From Scyliorhinus canicula (taxonomy: Eukaryota): DNA of 64,000 nucleotides. The position numbers and the translations under genes are program-made. The stretch lies in NCBI RefSeq assembly GCF_902713615.1, contig NC_052164.1, positions 84,419,830 to 84,483,829 of the forward strand. Reading direction: 5' to 3'. A model generated the notes under the pieces. The model did no database searches and was not told the origin of the DNA. It worked only from the letters and a program-made list of their open reading frames with translations. This document shows, piece after piece, positions 1-11,780 of this stretch (the stretch's first letter is position 1; every line of letters begins with the position of its first letter).

Positions 1-170
1 ATGGCCAGTCCACCTAACCAGCATATTTTTGGACTGTGGGTGGAACCCGGACCACCCGGAGGAAACCCACACAGACACAGGGAGAAAGTGCAAACTCCAC
101 ACAGACAGTCACCCAAGGCGGAGTTGAACCCGGGTCCCTGGTGCTGTGAGGCATCCGCGCTAACCACCAG
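1..170 (-). mobile_element. HE1/V-SINE-type tRNA-derived SINE (5' part; runs off window edge)
   Basis: Reverse complement reads TGGTTAGC..GCCTCACAGCACCAGGGACCCGGGTTCAAC (A/B-box head) then the GTGTGGAGTTTGCAC..GGGTTTCCTCCGGG core. Confidence 0.85.
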
Positions 171-269
171 CTTGTACTAAGCCAACTGATTCTGATAATA
201 CACTGTCCATGCCGTAAATGTCAGGCAGAAATGGGCTATCCAATTTACTAAGTAATCTCCAAAGTGCAG

Positions 270-769
270 GGAGAAAGTTGGATGGGTGGGGGAGGGGGGC
301 CTTATATCTTCAGGAGGCTTCCATTTTCTGATGGACATGCCCCTCCTCCCCCCCTCCTCCCTCTTTCCCCCTCCCCAAGTTGGAACCCCACTCTTGCTTC
401 CTACTGGGCAACAGCCTTAAACCCATCCCCCCTTCCCAGCACTGGGGATCTATAGGCCTTCTTCCTCCTCCTCCTGCAGTCATGGCAGTGCCCACTAATG
501 CGCTTTGATGGAGCTGCTGACCAATCTGACTGTCTCCCAAGGGTGGGACGTCCACCCCAGTGAGGGGTGAAAGCCCCACTTGCAGCTTGTTAAGCCCGCC
601 CACAGCACATTACGTCTGCGAGAGTGAGCTCAGTGGAGTGAGGGGGCTCCATGCCAACATAGTTTTCGGTGACGGGGCGGGCGGCGGAGGGCAGGTGGGG
701 GCTAGTGGAATTGTGGTGGCCGGTGGTTGGGGGGGGGGGAGTCATCTTCCTCTGTGTAATATTCAGCCC
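270..769. mobile_element. old GC-rich MITE-like remnant
   Basis: Ends in AATATTCAGCCC (TIR-like); shares GAGCTGCTG..CAATCTGA motif with 9260-9540; left end not resolved. Confidence 0.35.
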
Positions 770-1303
770 AAGGTTTCCGCTGTCCCATCAGAGATCATGA
801 TACAGACCAAGATATTGTAATCACATCAGCGCACCAAAGCAGGTGACTGATGAAGCTGCTGATTATGGATAGAATAAAGGTAAAAGAATGGATGGATTTA
901 GAAAATGCTGAAAGAACATTCATTGATAAGAAGAACAAATAGAGATAGATAGGGCCATTTCCCTGAAGGTCACAAATTAATGAAAAGTTAAAGCCGGCAG
1001 CTATAGCACAGAGTGATTTCAGTTTAAAGTTAAACAGCCATGATCATACCTTTGGTGGGAAAGATATGAAAGTCATTTATTTGGAGATGTACAAGGTGGC
1101 TCTAGAGATGTCCAAAGCAATATTAAATGCATCACTGAAGTATTCAAAAGCAAGCTTGAAAGGCTATGTCACAAAGAAGGGACAACCATGTCATAAATTA
1201 TATTGACAACTATGCATTAGCCCAAAACACTTAACAGGGTGAAAATTGTGAATTGACTTCAGTTTCCTTAACATTACGTATTTCAGAAAGCAGCAGAGCA
1301 GCA

Positions 1304-1543
1304 GGGAGAATAGGATTGAGGGAATTAATTTGAGGAAATGAGTTTGAGGGAATAAGTTTGAGGGAATGGGATTGAGGGAATGGGATTGAGGGAATGGGAT
1401 TGAGAGTATGGGATTGAGGAAATGAGTTTCAGGAAATGAGTTTGAGGGCATGGGATTAAGTGAATGATTTTGAGGGAATGAGTTTGAGGGAATGGGATTG
1501 AGGAAATGAGCTTGAGGGATGGTATTGAGGGAATGGAATTGAG
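1304..1543. repeat. 14-bp minisatellite (GGGAATGGGATTGA)n, about 17 imperfect units
   Basis: Tandem units directly visible. Confidence 0.9.
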
Positions 1544-1702
1544 TGTCTTTAAGACAGATAGATAGTTTCTTGATTAATAAGGAGAAGAAGGGTTATGGGG
1601 AGAAGGCAGGAGAATGGGAACGAGAAACGTATCAGCCATGATATTATGGCGTAGCAGACTCGATGGGCCGAATGATCTAATTCTGCTCCTATGTCTTATG
1701 GT
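1544..1702 (+). mobile_element. CR1 LINE 3'-end fragment
   Basis: GATAGTTTCTTGATT..GGTTATGGGGAGAAGGCAGGAGAATGG..GCAGACTCGATGGGCCGAATG..TTCTGCTCCTATGTCTTATG tail. Confidence 0.8.
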
Positions 1703-1770
1703 ATAATGTATGGGAGAGTTATCAGTTCCCACAGGAGTTCACTTCATCATATAAGTCTATCCATAATTAC

Positions 1771-3377
1771 ATAGAACATAGAACAGTACAGCACAGTACA
1801 GGCCCTTCAGCCCACGATGTTGTGCCAACCATTTATCCTCATCTAAAATCAACCTAACCTACACCCCTTCAATTTACTGCTGTCCATGTGTCTGTCTAAG
1901 AATCGCTTAAATGTCCCTAATTACTCTGACTCCACCACCTCCGCTGGCAGTGCATTCCACACACCCACCACTCTCTGTGTAAAGAACCTACCTCTGACAT
2001 CTCCCCTATACCTTCCTCCAATCACCTGAAAGTCATGTCCCCTCGTGACAGCCATTTCCACCCTGGGGAAAAGTCTCTGGCTATCCACTCTATCCATGCC
2101 TCTCATCACCTTGTACACCTCTATCAAGTCACCTCTCTGCCTTCTTCGCTCCAGTGAGAAAAGCCCAAGCTCCCTCAACCTTTCTTCATAAGACATGCCC
2201 TCCGGTCCAGGCAGCATCCAGGTAAATCTCCTCTGTACCCTCTCCAAAGCATCCACATCCTTCCTATAATGAGGCGACCAGAACTGGACACAATATTCCA
2301 AGTGTGGTCTAACTAGAGTTTTATAAAGCTGCAGCAAAACCTTGCGGCTCTTAAACTCAATCCCCCTGTTAATGAAAGAGAACACACCATACACCTTCTT
2401 AACAACCCTATCAACATGGGTGGCAACTTTGAGTGATCTATGTACGTGGACCCCAAGATGCCTCTGTTCCTCCACACTTCCAAGAATCCTGCCTTTAACT
2501 CTGTATTCAGCATTCAAATTCGACCTTCCAAAATTAATCACTTCACATTTATCAAGATTGAACTCCATCTGTCACTTCTCAGCCCAGTTCTGCATCCTGT
2601 CAATGTCCTGTTGTAACCTGCAACAGCCCTCAACACTATCTACAACTCCACCAACATTCGTGTCATCTGCAAACTTACTAACCCACCCTTCCACTTCCTC
2701 ATTCAAGTCATTTATAAAAACCACAAAGAGCAGAGGTCCCAGAACAGATCCCTGCGGGACACCACAGGTCACCGACCTCCAGACGGAATACTTTCCATCC
2801 ACTACCACTTGCTGTCTTCTTTCAGCCAGCCAATTCTGTATCCAGACAGCCACATTTCCCTGTATCCCATGCCCCTAACTTTCTGAATGAGCCTACCATG
2901 AGGAACCTTATCAAATGCCGTACTGAAATCCATGCACACCACATCCACTGCCCGACCTTCATCACTGTGTCTCGTCACATCCTCAAAGAATTCAATGAGG
3001 CTTGTGAGGCATAACCTGCCCCTCACAAAGTCAGGCTGACTATCTTTAATCAAACTATGTTTTTCTAAATAATCATCAATCCTATCTCTCAGAATCCTTT
3101 CCAATATTTTGCTCACCACAGACGTAAACCGATGGGTCTGTAATTCCCAATGATTTCCCTATTCCCTTTCTTGAACAGGGGAACAACATTCGCCTCCCTC
3201 CAATTATCAGGTACTACTCCAGTGGAGAGTGAGGACGCAAAGATCATCGCCAACGGCGCAGCAATCTCCACCCTCACTTCCAGTAGTAACCTTGGGTATA
3301 TCTCATCAGGCCCAGCGGACTTATCTATCCTGATGATTTTCAATATTTCCAGCACATCCTCCTTCTTAATATCAAAA
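1771..3377 (-). mobile_element. 5'-truncated CR1 LINE (ORF2 reverse transcriptase, disrupted)
   Basis: ORF pieces PLFKKG, DFSTAFDKVPH, GVPQGSVLGP, KFADDT, LVRPHLEYCVQFWSP; (TTCTATG)n tail; TSD ATAATTAC at 1763-1770 and 3378-3385. Confidence 0.95.
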
Positions 3378-3497
3378 ATAATTACCTATTTCAATACAAT
3401 TTGGTACCTAGAATTAATATTTCTATAACAATTACCAACATCTTTACAGATTTCTAAGAAATTTCCTCTTGGACTGTTCCAGTGAAAATAGATTCTT

Positions 3498-4128
3498 GGG
3501 TGGGATTCTCCGGCCCCCCACCAGATCGGAGAATCGCCGGGGTCCGGCGTGAATTCCACCCCCGCCGTCTCCCGAAGTCTCGGCACCAGAGATTCGCCGG
3601 GGGCGGGAATCGCGCCGCGCTATTAGGCGCCCCCCCCGGTGGTGAATCAAACCACCTACCTTACCGGCAGGACCAGGCGGCGCGGGTGGGCTCCGGGGTC
3701 CTGGGGGGGGCGCGGGGCGATCTGGCCCCGGGGGGTGCCCCCACAGTGGCCTGGTCCGCAATCGGAGCCAACCGATCAGCGGGCGGGCCTGTGATGTGGG
3801 GCACTCTTTTCCTTCCGCGTTCGCCATAGTCTTCATGATGGCAGAGGCGGAAGTGACCCCCTCCACTGCGCAAGCGCGGGTTGATGTCAGCAGCCGCTGA
3901 CGCTTCGGCGCATGCGCGGACTTCCGCCTGCCGGCGAAGTCCCTTCAGCCGTGGCTGGTGTGGTGCCGAAGGCCATTCCCGCCGGCGGGACGCCATCCAC
4001 TCCGGCGCGGGCCTAGCTCCTCAAAGTTAGGGCTTGGCCCCTAAAGGGGAGGCCCAATGCCGGAGTGGTTCACGCCACTCCATCCCGCCAGAACCCCCCG
4101 CCACGCCGAGTAGGGGAGAACCCCGCCC
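3498..4128. mobile_element. Harbinger-like MITE
   Basis: TIRs GGGTGGGATTCTCC / GGAGAACCCCGCCC; TSD CTT on both sides; CpG-rich. Confidence 0.85.
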
Positions 4129-4188
4129 CTTATTTCTTTCTTATCAATATACTTCCCCAACCTAAGCATCACCCTGATCAAGCAAAAT

Positions 4189-4377
4189 GGGGCTGGTTTA
4201 GCACACTGGGCTAAATAGCTGGCTTTTAAAGCAGAACAAGGCAGGCCAGCAGCACAGTTCAGTTCCCGAACCAGCCTCCCTGAACAGCCGCCGGAATGTG
4301 GCAACTAGTGGCTTTTCTCAGTAACTTCATTTGAAGCCGACTTATGATAATAAGCGATTTTCATTTCATTTTCATTT
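4189..4377 (+). mobile_element. short tRNA-derived SINE (family B)
   Basis: GGGGCTGGTTTAGCAC head; GGAATGTGGC..CAGTAACTTCAT..AATAAGCGA body; (TTTCA)n tail; 5 copies in window. Confidence 0.8.
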
Positions 4378-5352
4378 ACAATGGTATCTACTGTCTGGAG
4401 CTGTATGTAGTTCATTTAATAGCGTACCCTAAATTGCCAGTAGTGCTCTAACTATGATCTGACAAATATTTTCTATAAATTTAGCATTAACACGCTTATA
4501 CCTGTGACCAGAAATGTTAGTGCGGGCCAAAACAAATGGAGCATCTAACAGTTATGGAAAAGACAGAAATTGATGTCAAATATTTGCAGAAAAAATGGAG
4601 CGAAAAAGGGTTATTTGTGCCAAGATTTCATTCTGACGCAAAAGCAAACCACTATGTTTAGTTTTTTTTATTTGGGGAAGGTAGCCACAATACTGTCAGT
4701 ATGAGGATTCACAAGACATCTTTGTCAAAGAGTGGTTGCTCTTGGGAATATGCCAATTAATCTGACTTGTCAATAAAATCAGATATTTTAGGCTATGATC
4801 AGGTCAGCGGAAGGACGCTCCAAACTGAACAAGGTACCTAATGCCATAAGATTTAGTGATGGACAGCAGGAACACTGCACCAGATTTCATGGAAGGGGAA
4901 TCAGGAGGTATGAAACCCAACATCCAAAATAACAAGCATCTTCATTTGAAACAGGTAAAATTGGAAGAATAAAGAACAGGACAAAGCAGTACTCAAACAG
5001 TACTCAAAGACCAATCCCCAGATATAATGGGTAATAATGCAAGGCTCCGCTCCTGGCAAGTAGCCTTGTTAGATAGTAACACAGCTTGCCGAATTAGTCT
5101 TAGTGTTATAGCCTTGTCTCCAATTCACATGCCTGTCGAGCGAGGCTCCAACCTGGGAGCAGAGATTCGCACGTAAGTAGCGGATCACGCAGTGGAGGTG
5201 TGATGTTTCCCAAAATGTGTCCCTGGCAGGAAACCCTCCATATTCCACAGTATATTCCCTGTCCATAAATGCGACCAATTGCATTTTAATCATATTTATA
5301 CTGTTCAATTCGAGAGACCTCCTTTGGAATGTAATTTAATTTTTGACAGAAA

Positions 5353-5919
5353 GGGCAGGATTCGCCAGGCGTTCGCTGCGGCAGGATTCTCTGGACCCAC
5401 CGGCAATGCCCATTGGTTTTCCGGTGGCATGGGGTGGCTTCAATGGGCAATCCTATTCTGGGAGTAGAGAATTCCGCCACCAGCCAATGGCGTGTCAGAA
5501 TTAACTGTCCTCGCCAGCAGCGGTAGCAGGTCGGACTCATGGAATCATAGATTATCATAGACTTTACAGTGCAGAAGGAGGCCATTCAGTCCATCGAGTC
5601 TGCACCGACTCTTGGAAAGAGCACCCTACCCAAGGTCAACACCTCCACCCTATCCCCATAACCCAGTAACCCCACCCAACACTAAGGGCAATTTGGACAC
5701 TAAGGGCAATTGAGTATTGCCAATCCACCTAACCTGCACATCTTTGGACTGGAGCACCCGGAGGAAACCCACGCACACACGGGGAGGAAATGCAGACTCC
5801 GCACAGACAGTGACCCAAGCTGGAATCGAACCTGGGATCCTGGAGCTGTGAAGCAATTGTGCTATCCATAATGCTACCGTGCTGCCCAACGGAGAATCCT
5901 GCAACGGAGAATCCCGGCC
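5353..5919. mobile_element. Harbinger-like MITE with nested SINE
   Basis: TIRs GGGCAGGATTCGCC / GGAGAATCCCGGCC; TSD AAA. Confidence 0.75.
5545..5887 (-). mobile_element. HE1-type SINE, near full length
   Basis: GGGCAGCACGGTAGC head; CR1-like tail GCAGACTCGATGG..GGCCTCCTTCTGCACTGTAAA..CTATGAT. Confidence 0.9.
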
Positions 5920-6084
5920 AAAGCATTCTGCTTCTTTATTGACTCTTACTTTTGTTTTTCACCTGTTCTGTCAGTGAGAACTTTCTGGATTACACTTTGT
6001 CTGGTATATTCCCCCCAACCTTGTCACCATGGGGGCCCCCAGCAGGAACAAGGAACTCCAAAGGCTTCCCTCACAAGATTATCG

Positions 6085-7005
6085 GAATGCACAAGCCTCT
6101 TCACAATGTCAAGGGGGCAAAGCCACAGATATTCCGCAATTGTAACGATCTTCAAGAAGAGAGATAATTCATTCTGTGAAAACTCTCGAGGTATTTGTCT
6201 CTTGTCTGTAGCAGGGAAAATCCTGACACTCATTCTCAATCACCTGCCTCCTGTAGCTGAGGAAACTCCCCAGATTCACACCAGGTAGCCTCAGACTTTT
6301 CAGGTGACCCCTACGCATAAATCAACCACTCTTTGATGAAGATGTGCAGTGAGTTCTCCTTTGCCCTGACACCTTGTAGCTCTCTCTCCCAAATGGAAAG
6401 ATAGCCATACTTGTTTGCTTTTGCCTCAGAATGCAATCTTGTTGCAAGTCAAATCCAAGTGAACTGCTGAGAACAAAAACAAGAACACTTCATGGCTTTC
6501 AGGGCCGCACAGTAGCACAGTGGTTAGCACTGTTGATTCACAATGCCCGGGACCCAGGTTTGATTCCGGGCTCGGGTCACTGTCTGTGCACAGTCTGCAT
6601 GTTCAGGTGCGCCGGTTTCCTCCCACAAGTGCTGAAAGACGTGCTTGTTAGGTAAATTGGACATTCTGAATTCTCCCTCAGTGTACCTGAACAGGGGCTG
6701 TAGTGTGGCGACTAGGGGATTTTCACAGTAACTTCATTGCAGTGTTAATGTAAGCCTACTTTTGACACAAATAAAGATTATTATTATCGACGTGATGAAA
6801 GCATTACCTCAGTAAATTGTGAGGCGCTGTGGACTGTCCTTCAATGATTTCGATATTTAACCAACTTCATCATAATCTTGCAGTTGCTACATGATGACAT
6901 GGCTGGAGCAGTCTTGATGGGGTGATTTGAAATAGATACCTTTAAAATCAGGGCTTGAATCAAGCAAGGATATATGATGGCTCTCATACAATTTACAATC
7001 TATCT
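6085..7005 (+). mobile_element. degraded RTE-clade LINE RT fragment, interrupted by a SINE
   Basis: IVTIFKKRDNSFCENSRGICLLSVAGKIL; downstream EALWTVLQ..LQLLHDDM..IKQG remnants. Confidence 0.7.
6501..6787 (+). mobile_element. SINE with HE1-type head and family-B-like tail
   Basis: HE1 head and core, then GTGTGGCGACTAGGGGATTTTCACAGTAACTTCATTGC..AATAAAGATTATTATT. Confidence 0.8.
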
Positions 7006-7171
7006 GACATTAGCTATTGTTATGACCAGGTGAGGAGGGGTAGAATGACTCTCCTCTTTTCTCAGTCATCATTTGACCACAACAAAAGAGGGTTAGTTGG
7101 CTCATCACATGGATCTCCTCTCCCAAAAGAACCAGTGATCCAAATGTGGTCATGGCATTATGATATTAGTT

Positions 7172-7341
7172 GAATGAAATGAAAATCACTTATTGTCACG
7201 AGTAGGCTTCAAATGAAGTTACTGTGAAAAGCCCCTAGTCGCCACATTCCAGCGCCTGTTCGGGGAGGCTGCTACGGGAATCGAACTGTGCTGCTGGTCT
7301 GTTTTCAAAGCCAGCAATTTAGCGTTGTGCTAAACAGCCCC
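7172..7341 (-). mobile_element. SINE family B
   Basis: Reverse complement match to 4189-4377. Confidence 0.8.
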
Positions 7342-8231
7342 TTCCATGGTTTAGACATGGTTTGATTATGACTGGATGAGTTCCTTTCTCAAGCAGAGTC
7401 TATTATCAAAATGATTGTGTCTAATTGTGTGTTTCATGTCCAGTTCCAGGCATAGATTATTGGATATTTTGTGAATAATTCAGAAGGTGGGGTCATTTGC
7501 ATTCTTCTCAAGTGATTGTATTTGTTGGGTTCTTCCAGACAGTCTGACTGGGTTGCAATGACTTTGTAAAATTTTAAGATATGGCTTTGCAAATGTTCAG
7601 CCATATTACTGGATTTGAAGTCAATTCCCAAAAGAGGAAGGCCAATTGCCTTGTCCAAACCCCACACATTGACTTTTCTAAATTGACTTGCATGCCTCTA
7701 AGGCAATCAATAACTGCATAATTAAAGTTGACGCTTGTAGAATTTTGTGTGACTCCTAATTTGCAACCAAAACTGAAAACAAATTATGTAGAAATAAGCG
7801 TCTTATGACAAAACATTTGCTCCGTATGACTAACGATGATGTTTAATGTTCAAAATGCCTTTCCTACATCTGCTTAACATTTGGGAATGCCAATATTTTG
7901 TAGTCATTAACAACATGAACATCCAGAATGAAGACAAATGATTTTCATGGAAAGAGCATGTACATAAAGCAGAGAAAGCAGTTGAGAGTTATGGATGTTT
8001 ATACCTGCCGATGATTATCTGTGCTGACTGCTCAGTGGTGAGATGTCTGCTGTATGGATTTAACATATTACTCAAAAAAAACTCTTGCACCAATAGCATT
8101 CAAACAACTCTTCAATCCAGTGAGATGCTAAAATATACATTTCTCTTCTCCGAGAAAACATCTACAGACATAAATTTCCATCAGATTTGTAAAACTACTC
8201 TGTAATATCGTGACAATGTAGCATTCAAAAA

Positions 8232-8480
8232 GCAATCCAGAGGTTGTGAGTTCGTAGTCCTGATGTGTTAAGCTATGAAATTGAACTTGGAAAATCTGGT
8301 AATTCATGACGATAAAAGTTGTCAGATTGTCATAACAGCAATTGGTTCACGAATGTCCCTTGAGAAAGGGAACCCGATCTGACATACCTGTGAGTCCAGT
8401 CTCAAATGATGTGGTCGGGTCTTAATAGCTCCCGGGCACCTAGAGATGCACATCTTGCTAATGTCATCCATATCCTTGTG
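8232..8480 (+). mobile_element. old degraded SINE-like element
   Basis: AATCCAGAGG..GAGTTC head remnant and GGTTCAC.AATGTCC.TT.GGAA core; recalled similarity only. Confidence 0.4.
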
Positions 8481-9546
8481 CAGGCAATATTGGCCTGCTG
8501 CGAGATCACTGTTTGCTGAACAGCCTACATTTTGCCATTTGCTTGTCCTCTCTCCAGTCTGGCAAAAGGCCAAGACATGGCTATCATCATTTATTCAATT
8601 ACTTCCATCTAACCCAACAGGTCTTGTTCCAGTGGCTGGTGATGCTTTCCAACTCCAGAAAAGTCTCTGTCCCCGCTGGAAACCTTAATCCCAAAGAAAC
8701 ATAAACACATTCCCCACCACGTAGCTCATGATCACTCTCAAGTCAACAAGCATCACAGGAAGCCGAAGGAATGCATCGGAGAAGGGTATGGACCATCATA
8801 AAACAAAAATCAGATTTCAGCGTCAGGGGGCAATCTGTTGTCAAGTCCACTTCTGCTGCTGTTCCCAATCCAACCGTTCTGAATACCACCCGTGGGATTC
8901 TCCGTTCCTGCTCCGTTTTCCGAAGCGCCAAATTCTCCCTCCTCGCTAGCAGCGGCAGTGGGGTGGACCCGCAACGGAAAATAGCGGCCCACCCAGGCTG
9001 AGAGCAACATTCTGATCCCACCATAGTTAACTTTTAGCCTGACAAAGGTCTCACATGATGCACAAGCAAAACTTTCACGAGCAGCAGAAAAACAAAGCAG
9101 CCTACTACTAAAGCATGGGGACTGTAGATATTTATGGGACATTTGGTGGGGTCGAGTTTGTGGTTGAAAAACCTGTGAGTCCAATGACACTTGCCATTAT
9201 TCATGCACGAATAGTACAGCAAATTCAGGAAAGGACCAGATTTGTGGTTAAACACAGAAGGCTAGATTTTAAGGCCCCCCCGCTCCCTCACTGGAAAAGT
9301 CGAATGGAAACCAACTGACAATAAAAAGCTTCGCCCACAGTAATAGCAAACTTCGGACGGCAACAAGAAGGAAAGTGTGGGACTTCCATGCCTCAATGGG
9401 AGGAAGTCCTCTACCTGGGAGCTGCTGGTCAATCTGATTGGCCAGTGGCCCATGAAGTCCCGGTCGTGTCAGAGCTCAGTAGTAGGTGATGCCAGAGCTG
9501 CAAGCAAACAGGATGAAGGCCACAGTAGGTCCAGACTCAGGTAAGT

Positions 9547-9650
9547 CTTGTTTCAGCAGCACAGATACTAAAATTGGAATGACACAGAGAAGGTTAGCAT
9601 GGCCCCTACGCAAGGAATGATGCACAAATTTGTGAAGCATTACATATTTT
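9547..9650 (+). pseudogene. RNU6: U6 snRNA retro-pseudogene (near full length, diverged)
   Basis: CAGCAGCACAGATACTAAAATTGGAATGACACAGAGAAGGTTAGCATGGCCCCTACGCAAGGAATGATGCACAAATTTGTGAAGCATTACATATTTT aligns to vertebrate U6 including the ACAGAGA box and AGC triad; many changes are CpG decay; no upstream PSE/TATA promoter seen. Confidence 0.93.
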
Positions 9651-9967
9651 GGGGGCGGCACGTTGGCACAGTGGTTAACATTGCTCCCTCACAGTGCCAG
9701 GGATCTGTCTTCAATTCCGCCCTTGGGTCACTGCCTGTGTAGAGTTTGTATGTTCTCCCCGTGCCTGTGTCAGTTTCCTCTGGATGCTCTGGTTTCCTCC
9801 CACAGTCCAAAGATGTGCAGGTTAGATGGATTGCCCATGCTAAATTCCCCTTAGTATCCTGGGATGTGGTGGTTAGATTACGGGGTTATGTGTATTGGGA
9901 AGCCCAGATAGGTGCAGACCCACTTGTCCACGTGTCCATCTTAGGCACTGGAGAGATTCTGTGATTC
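9651..9967 (+). mobile_element. HE1-type SINE fused directly to the U6 3' end
   Basis: GGGGGCGGCACGTTGGCACAGTGGTTA head starts immediately after U6 ATATTTT; ends GATTCTGTGATTC. Confidence 0.88.
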
Positions 9968-10613
9968 TAAGTCAGCGGTATTGCGCTTGGAGAGATCGAA
10001 CATCTTGCGGGGGTGGGAGGGTTGCAGTGGTATGACGGAGGAAGGAAGTGGGTACAATTACTTGGGGGTGTCTCCAATGTGCAAAGGACACCATCCCAAA
10101 AATAGTACCTCCTTCCTACCTGCGTTTTTAAAAACTTTTTTGAAAGGATATGCTGCCCTCTCTCACTTCCTGCCCAGGCCAATCGTGTTATGGCATGAGC
10201 AGTATATTATTGGAGTAAGTTGGCAGGTGGGCTGCTAATTTTGGTGCCTGCCCAAACTCCGCAACGTGTTATGGGGACAGCTTGGGTGTAGCCAAGGTGG
10301 TGGCGGTCTTGCCATTCCTCGAAACACCTTCTTGCAGGCTTCAACCCTGAAATCCACCTGTTGCCATTTGAGTTGTGATGTTCCACCCTGAGCTTCGCAA
10401 ATAGGCCATCGAAATGCATTGAATTGTGTGAAGTTACTGTATTTGTAAGGAAGATACAAATTAAATTCACCACAGAAAGTTTAGTCTTTTTAGTTCAAGG
10501 TCAATTATTCTTGTAACAATGTGATGAATGTTAGTTGCTGAAAATTGACCTCTTTGACACTAAAAAACAACTATTACAAGCATAGCATCTCATTGCCTTG
10601 GGTATTAATTGTT

Positions 10614-11780
10614 AGAACATAGAAAAATACAGCACAGAACAGGCCCTTCAGCCCACAATGTTGTGCCGAACTTTTGTCCTAGGTTAAGAACAAATAAATC
10701 TACACCCAATCATTCTACCGTAATCCATGTACCTATCCAATAGCCGCTTGAAGGTTCCTAATGTTTTCGACTCGACTACTTCCACAGGCAGTGCATTCCA
10801 TGCCCCCACTACTCTCTGGGTAAAGAACCTACCTCTGACATCCCCTCTATATCTTCCATCATTCACCTTAAATCTATGTCCCCTTGTAATGGTTTGTTCC
10901 ACCCAAGGATAAAATGTCTCTGACTGTCTACTCTACCTATTCCCCTGATCTTATAAATCTCTATCAAGTCGCCCCTCATCCTTCTCTGTTCAAATGAGAA
11001 AAGGCCGAGCATCCTCAACCTTTCCTCGTAAGACCTACTCTCCATTCCAGGCAACATCCTGGTAAATCTCCTTTGCACCTTGTGGTGAATTATAAACCTA
11101 GTAAGTCACACTGGTTGTATTATATGTATTGTGTCCTTGTGGGCTCTGTATACGAGCCGTTGCGTGGCTCTGCCCATAGGGGGAGATGAGGAGTTTGTAC
11201 TGGGCTCCACCCTTGGCTCCGCCCATGGCTCTGCCCATGGTTCCTCCCACTAACCGGAAGTATAAAGCTCTGCAGTCGTGAGCCTGCTGCCAGTTCATCT
11301 CATCGCAGGCAGGCTCAGTTGTAAGACTATTAAAACCACTGTTCACTTCCAATCACGTGTCTTGTGAATTGATGGCCTCATCACACCTTTTCCAAAGCTT
11401 CCACACCCTTCCTAAAATGAGGCAACCAGAGCTGCACACAGTACTCCAAATGTGGCCTTACCAAGGTTTTATACAGCTGCATCATCACCTCACGGCTCTT
11501 AAATTCAATCCCTTTGCTAATGAACGCTAGCACACCATAGGCCTTCTTCACAGCTCTATCCACTTGAGTGGCAACTTTCAAAGATCTATGAAAATAGACC
11601 CCAAAATCTCTCTGCTCCTCGACATTGCCCCCTTGTTCAAGAAGGGGAGTAGAGATAACCCCAGTAACTTTTGACCAGTGAGCCTTGCTTCTGTGGTGGG
11701 CAAAGTCTTGGAAAGGTTTATAAGAGATAGGATTTATAATCATCTAGAAAGGAATAATTTTATTAGGGATAGTCAACATG
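10614..11780 (-). mobile_element. CR1 LINE with inverted 5' segment (about 11623-11780 on +) and nested solo LTR
   Basis: Minus-strand RT C-terminus and tail; plus-strand segment PLFKKGSRDNP..RDRIYNHLE..RDSQH; TSD ATTGTT at 10608-10613 and 11781-11786. Confidence 0.9.
11081..11383 (+). mobile_element. solo LTR (Gypsy-type)
   Basis: TG...CA ends; 5-bp TSD CACCT; GTATAAAG TATA and ATTAAA signals; tandem GGCTCCGCCCAT-like repeats; splits the CR1 cleanly. Confidence 0.85.

Noticed and set aside
1304-1543. CRISPR-like or telomeric array
   Set aside because: Contiguous 14-bp units with no unique spacers, not TTAGGG, and the context is eukaryotic.
3444-3996. Clusters of long overlapping Pro/Gly/Arg-rich ORFs (also at 11856-12637, 39065-39432, 48877-49565, 52393-53330)
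   Set aside because: All lie inside GC-rich MITEs where stop codons are rare; open in several frames with no domain motifs.
4189-4270. tRNA genes at SINE 5' ends
   Set aside because: Only A/B-box-like heads followed by SINE bodies; no complete cloverleaf.
5111-5178. Possible plus-strand micro-exon ending CAC|GTAAGT
   Set aside because: Weak acceptor, no recognisable peptide in any frame, no supporting neighbouring exons.
8890-8990. Tiny MITE-like stretch (also 29286-29425)
   Set aside because: TIRs too decayed and no matching TSD.
9547-9650. Functional U6 gene
   Set aside because: Multiple substitutions, missing first bases, no upstream PSE/TATA, and fused to a SINE.
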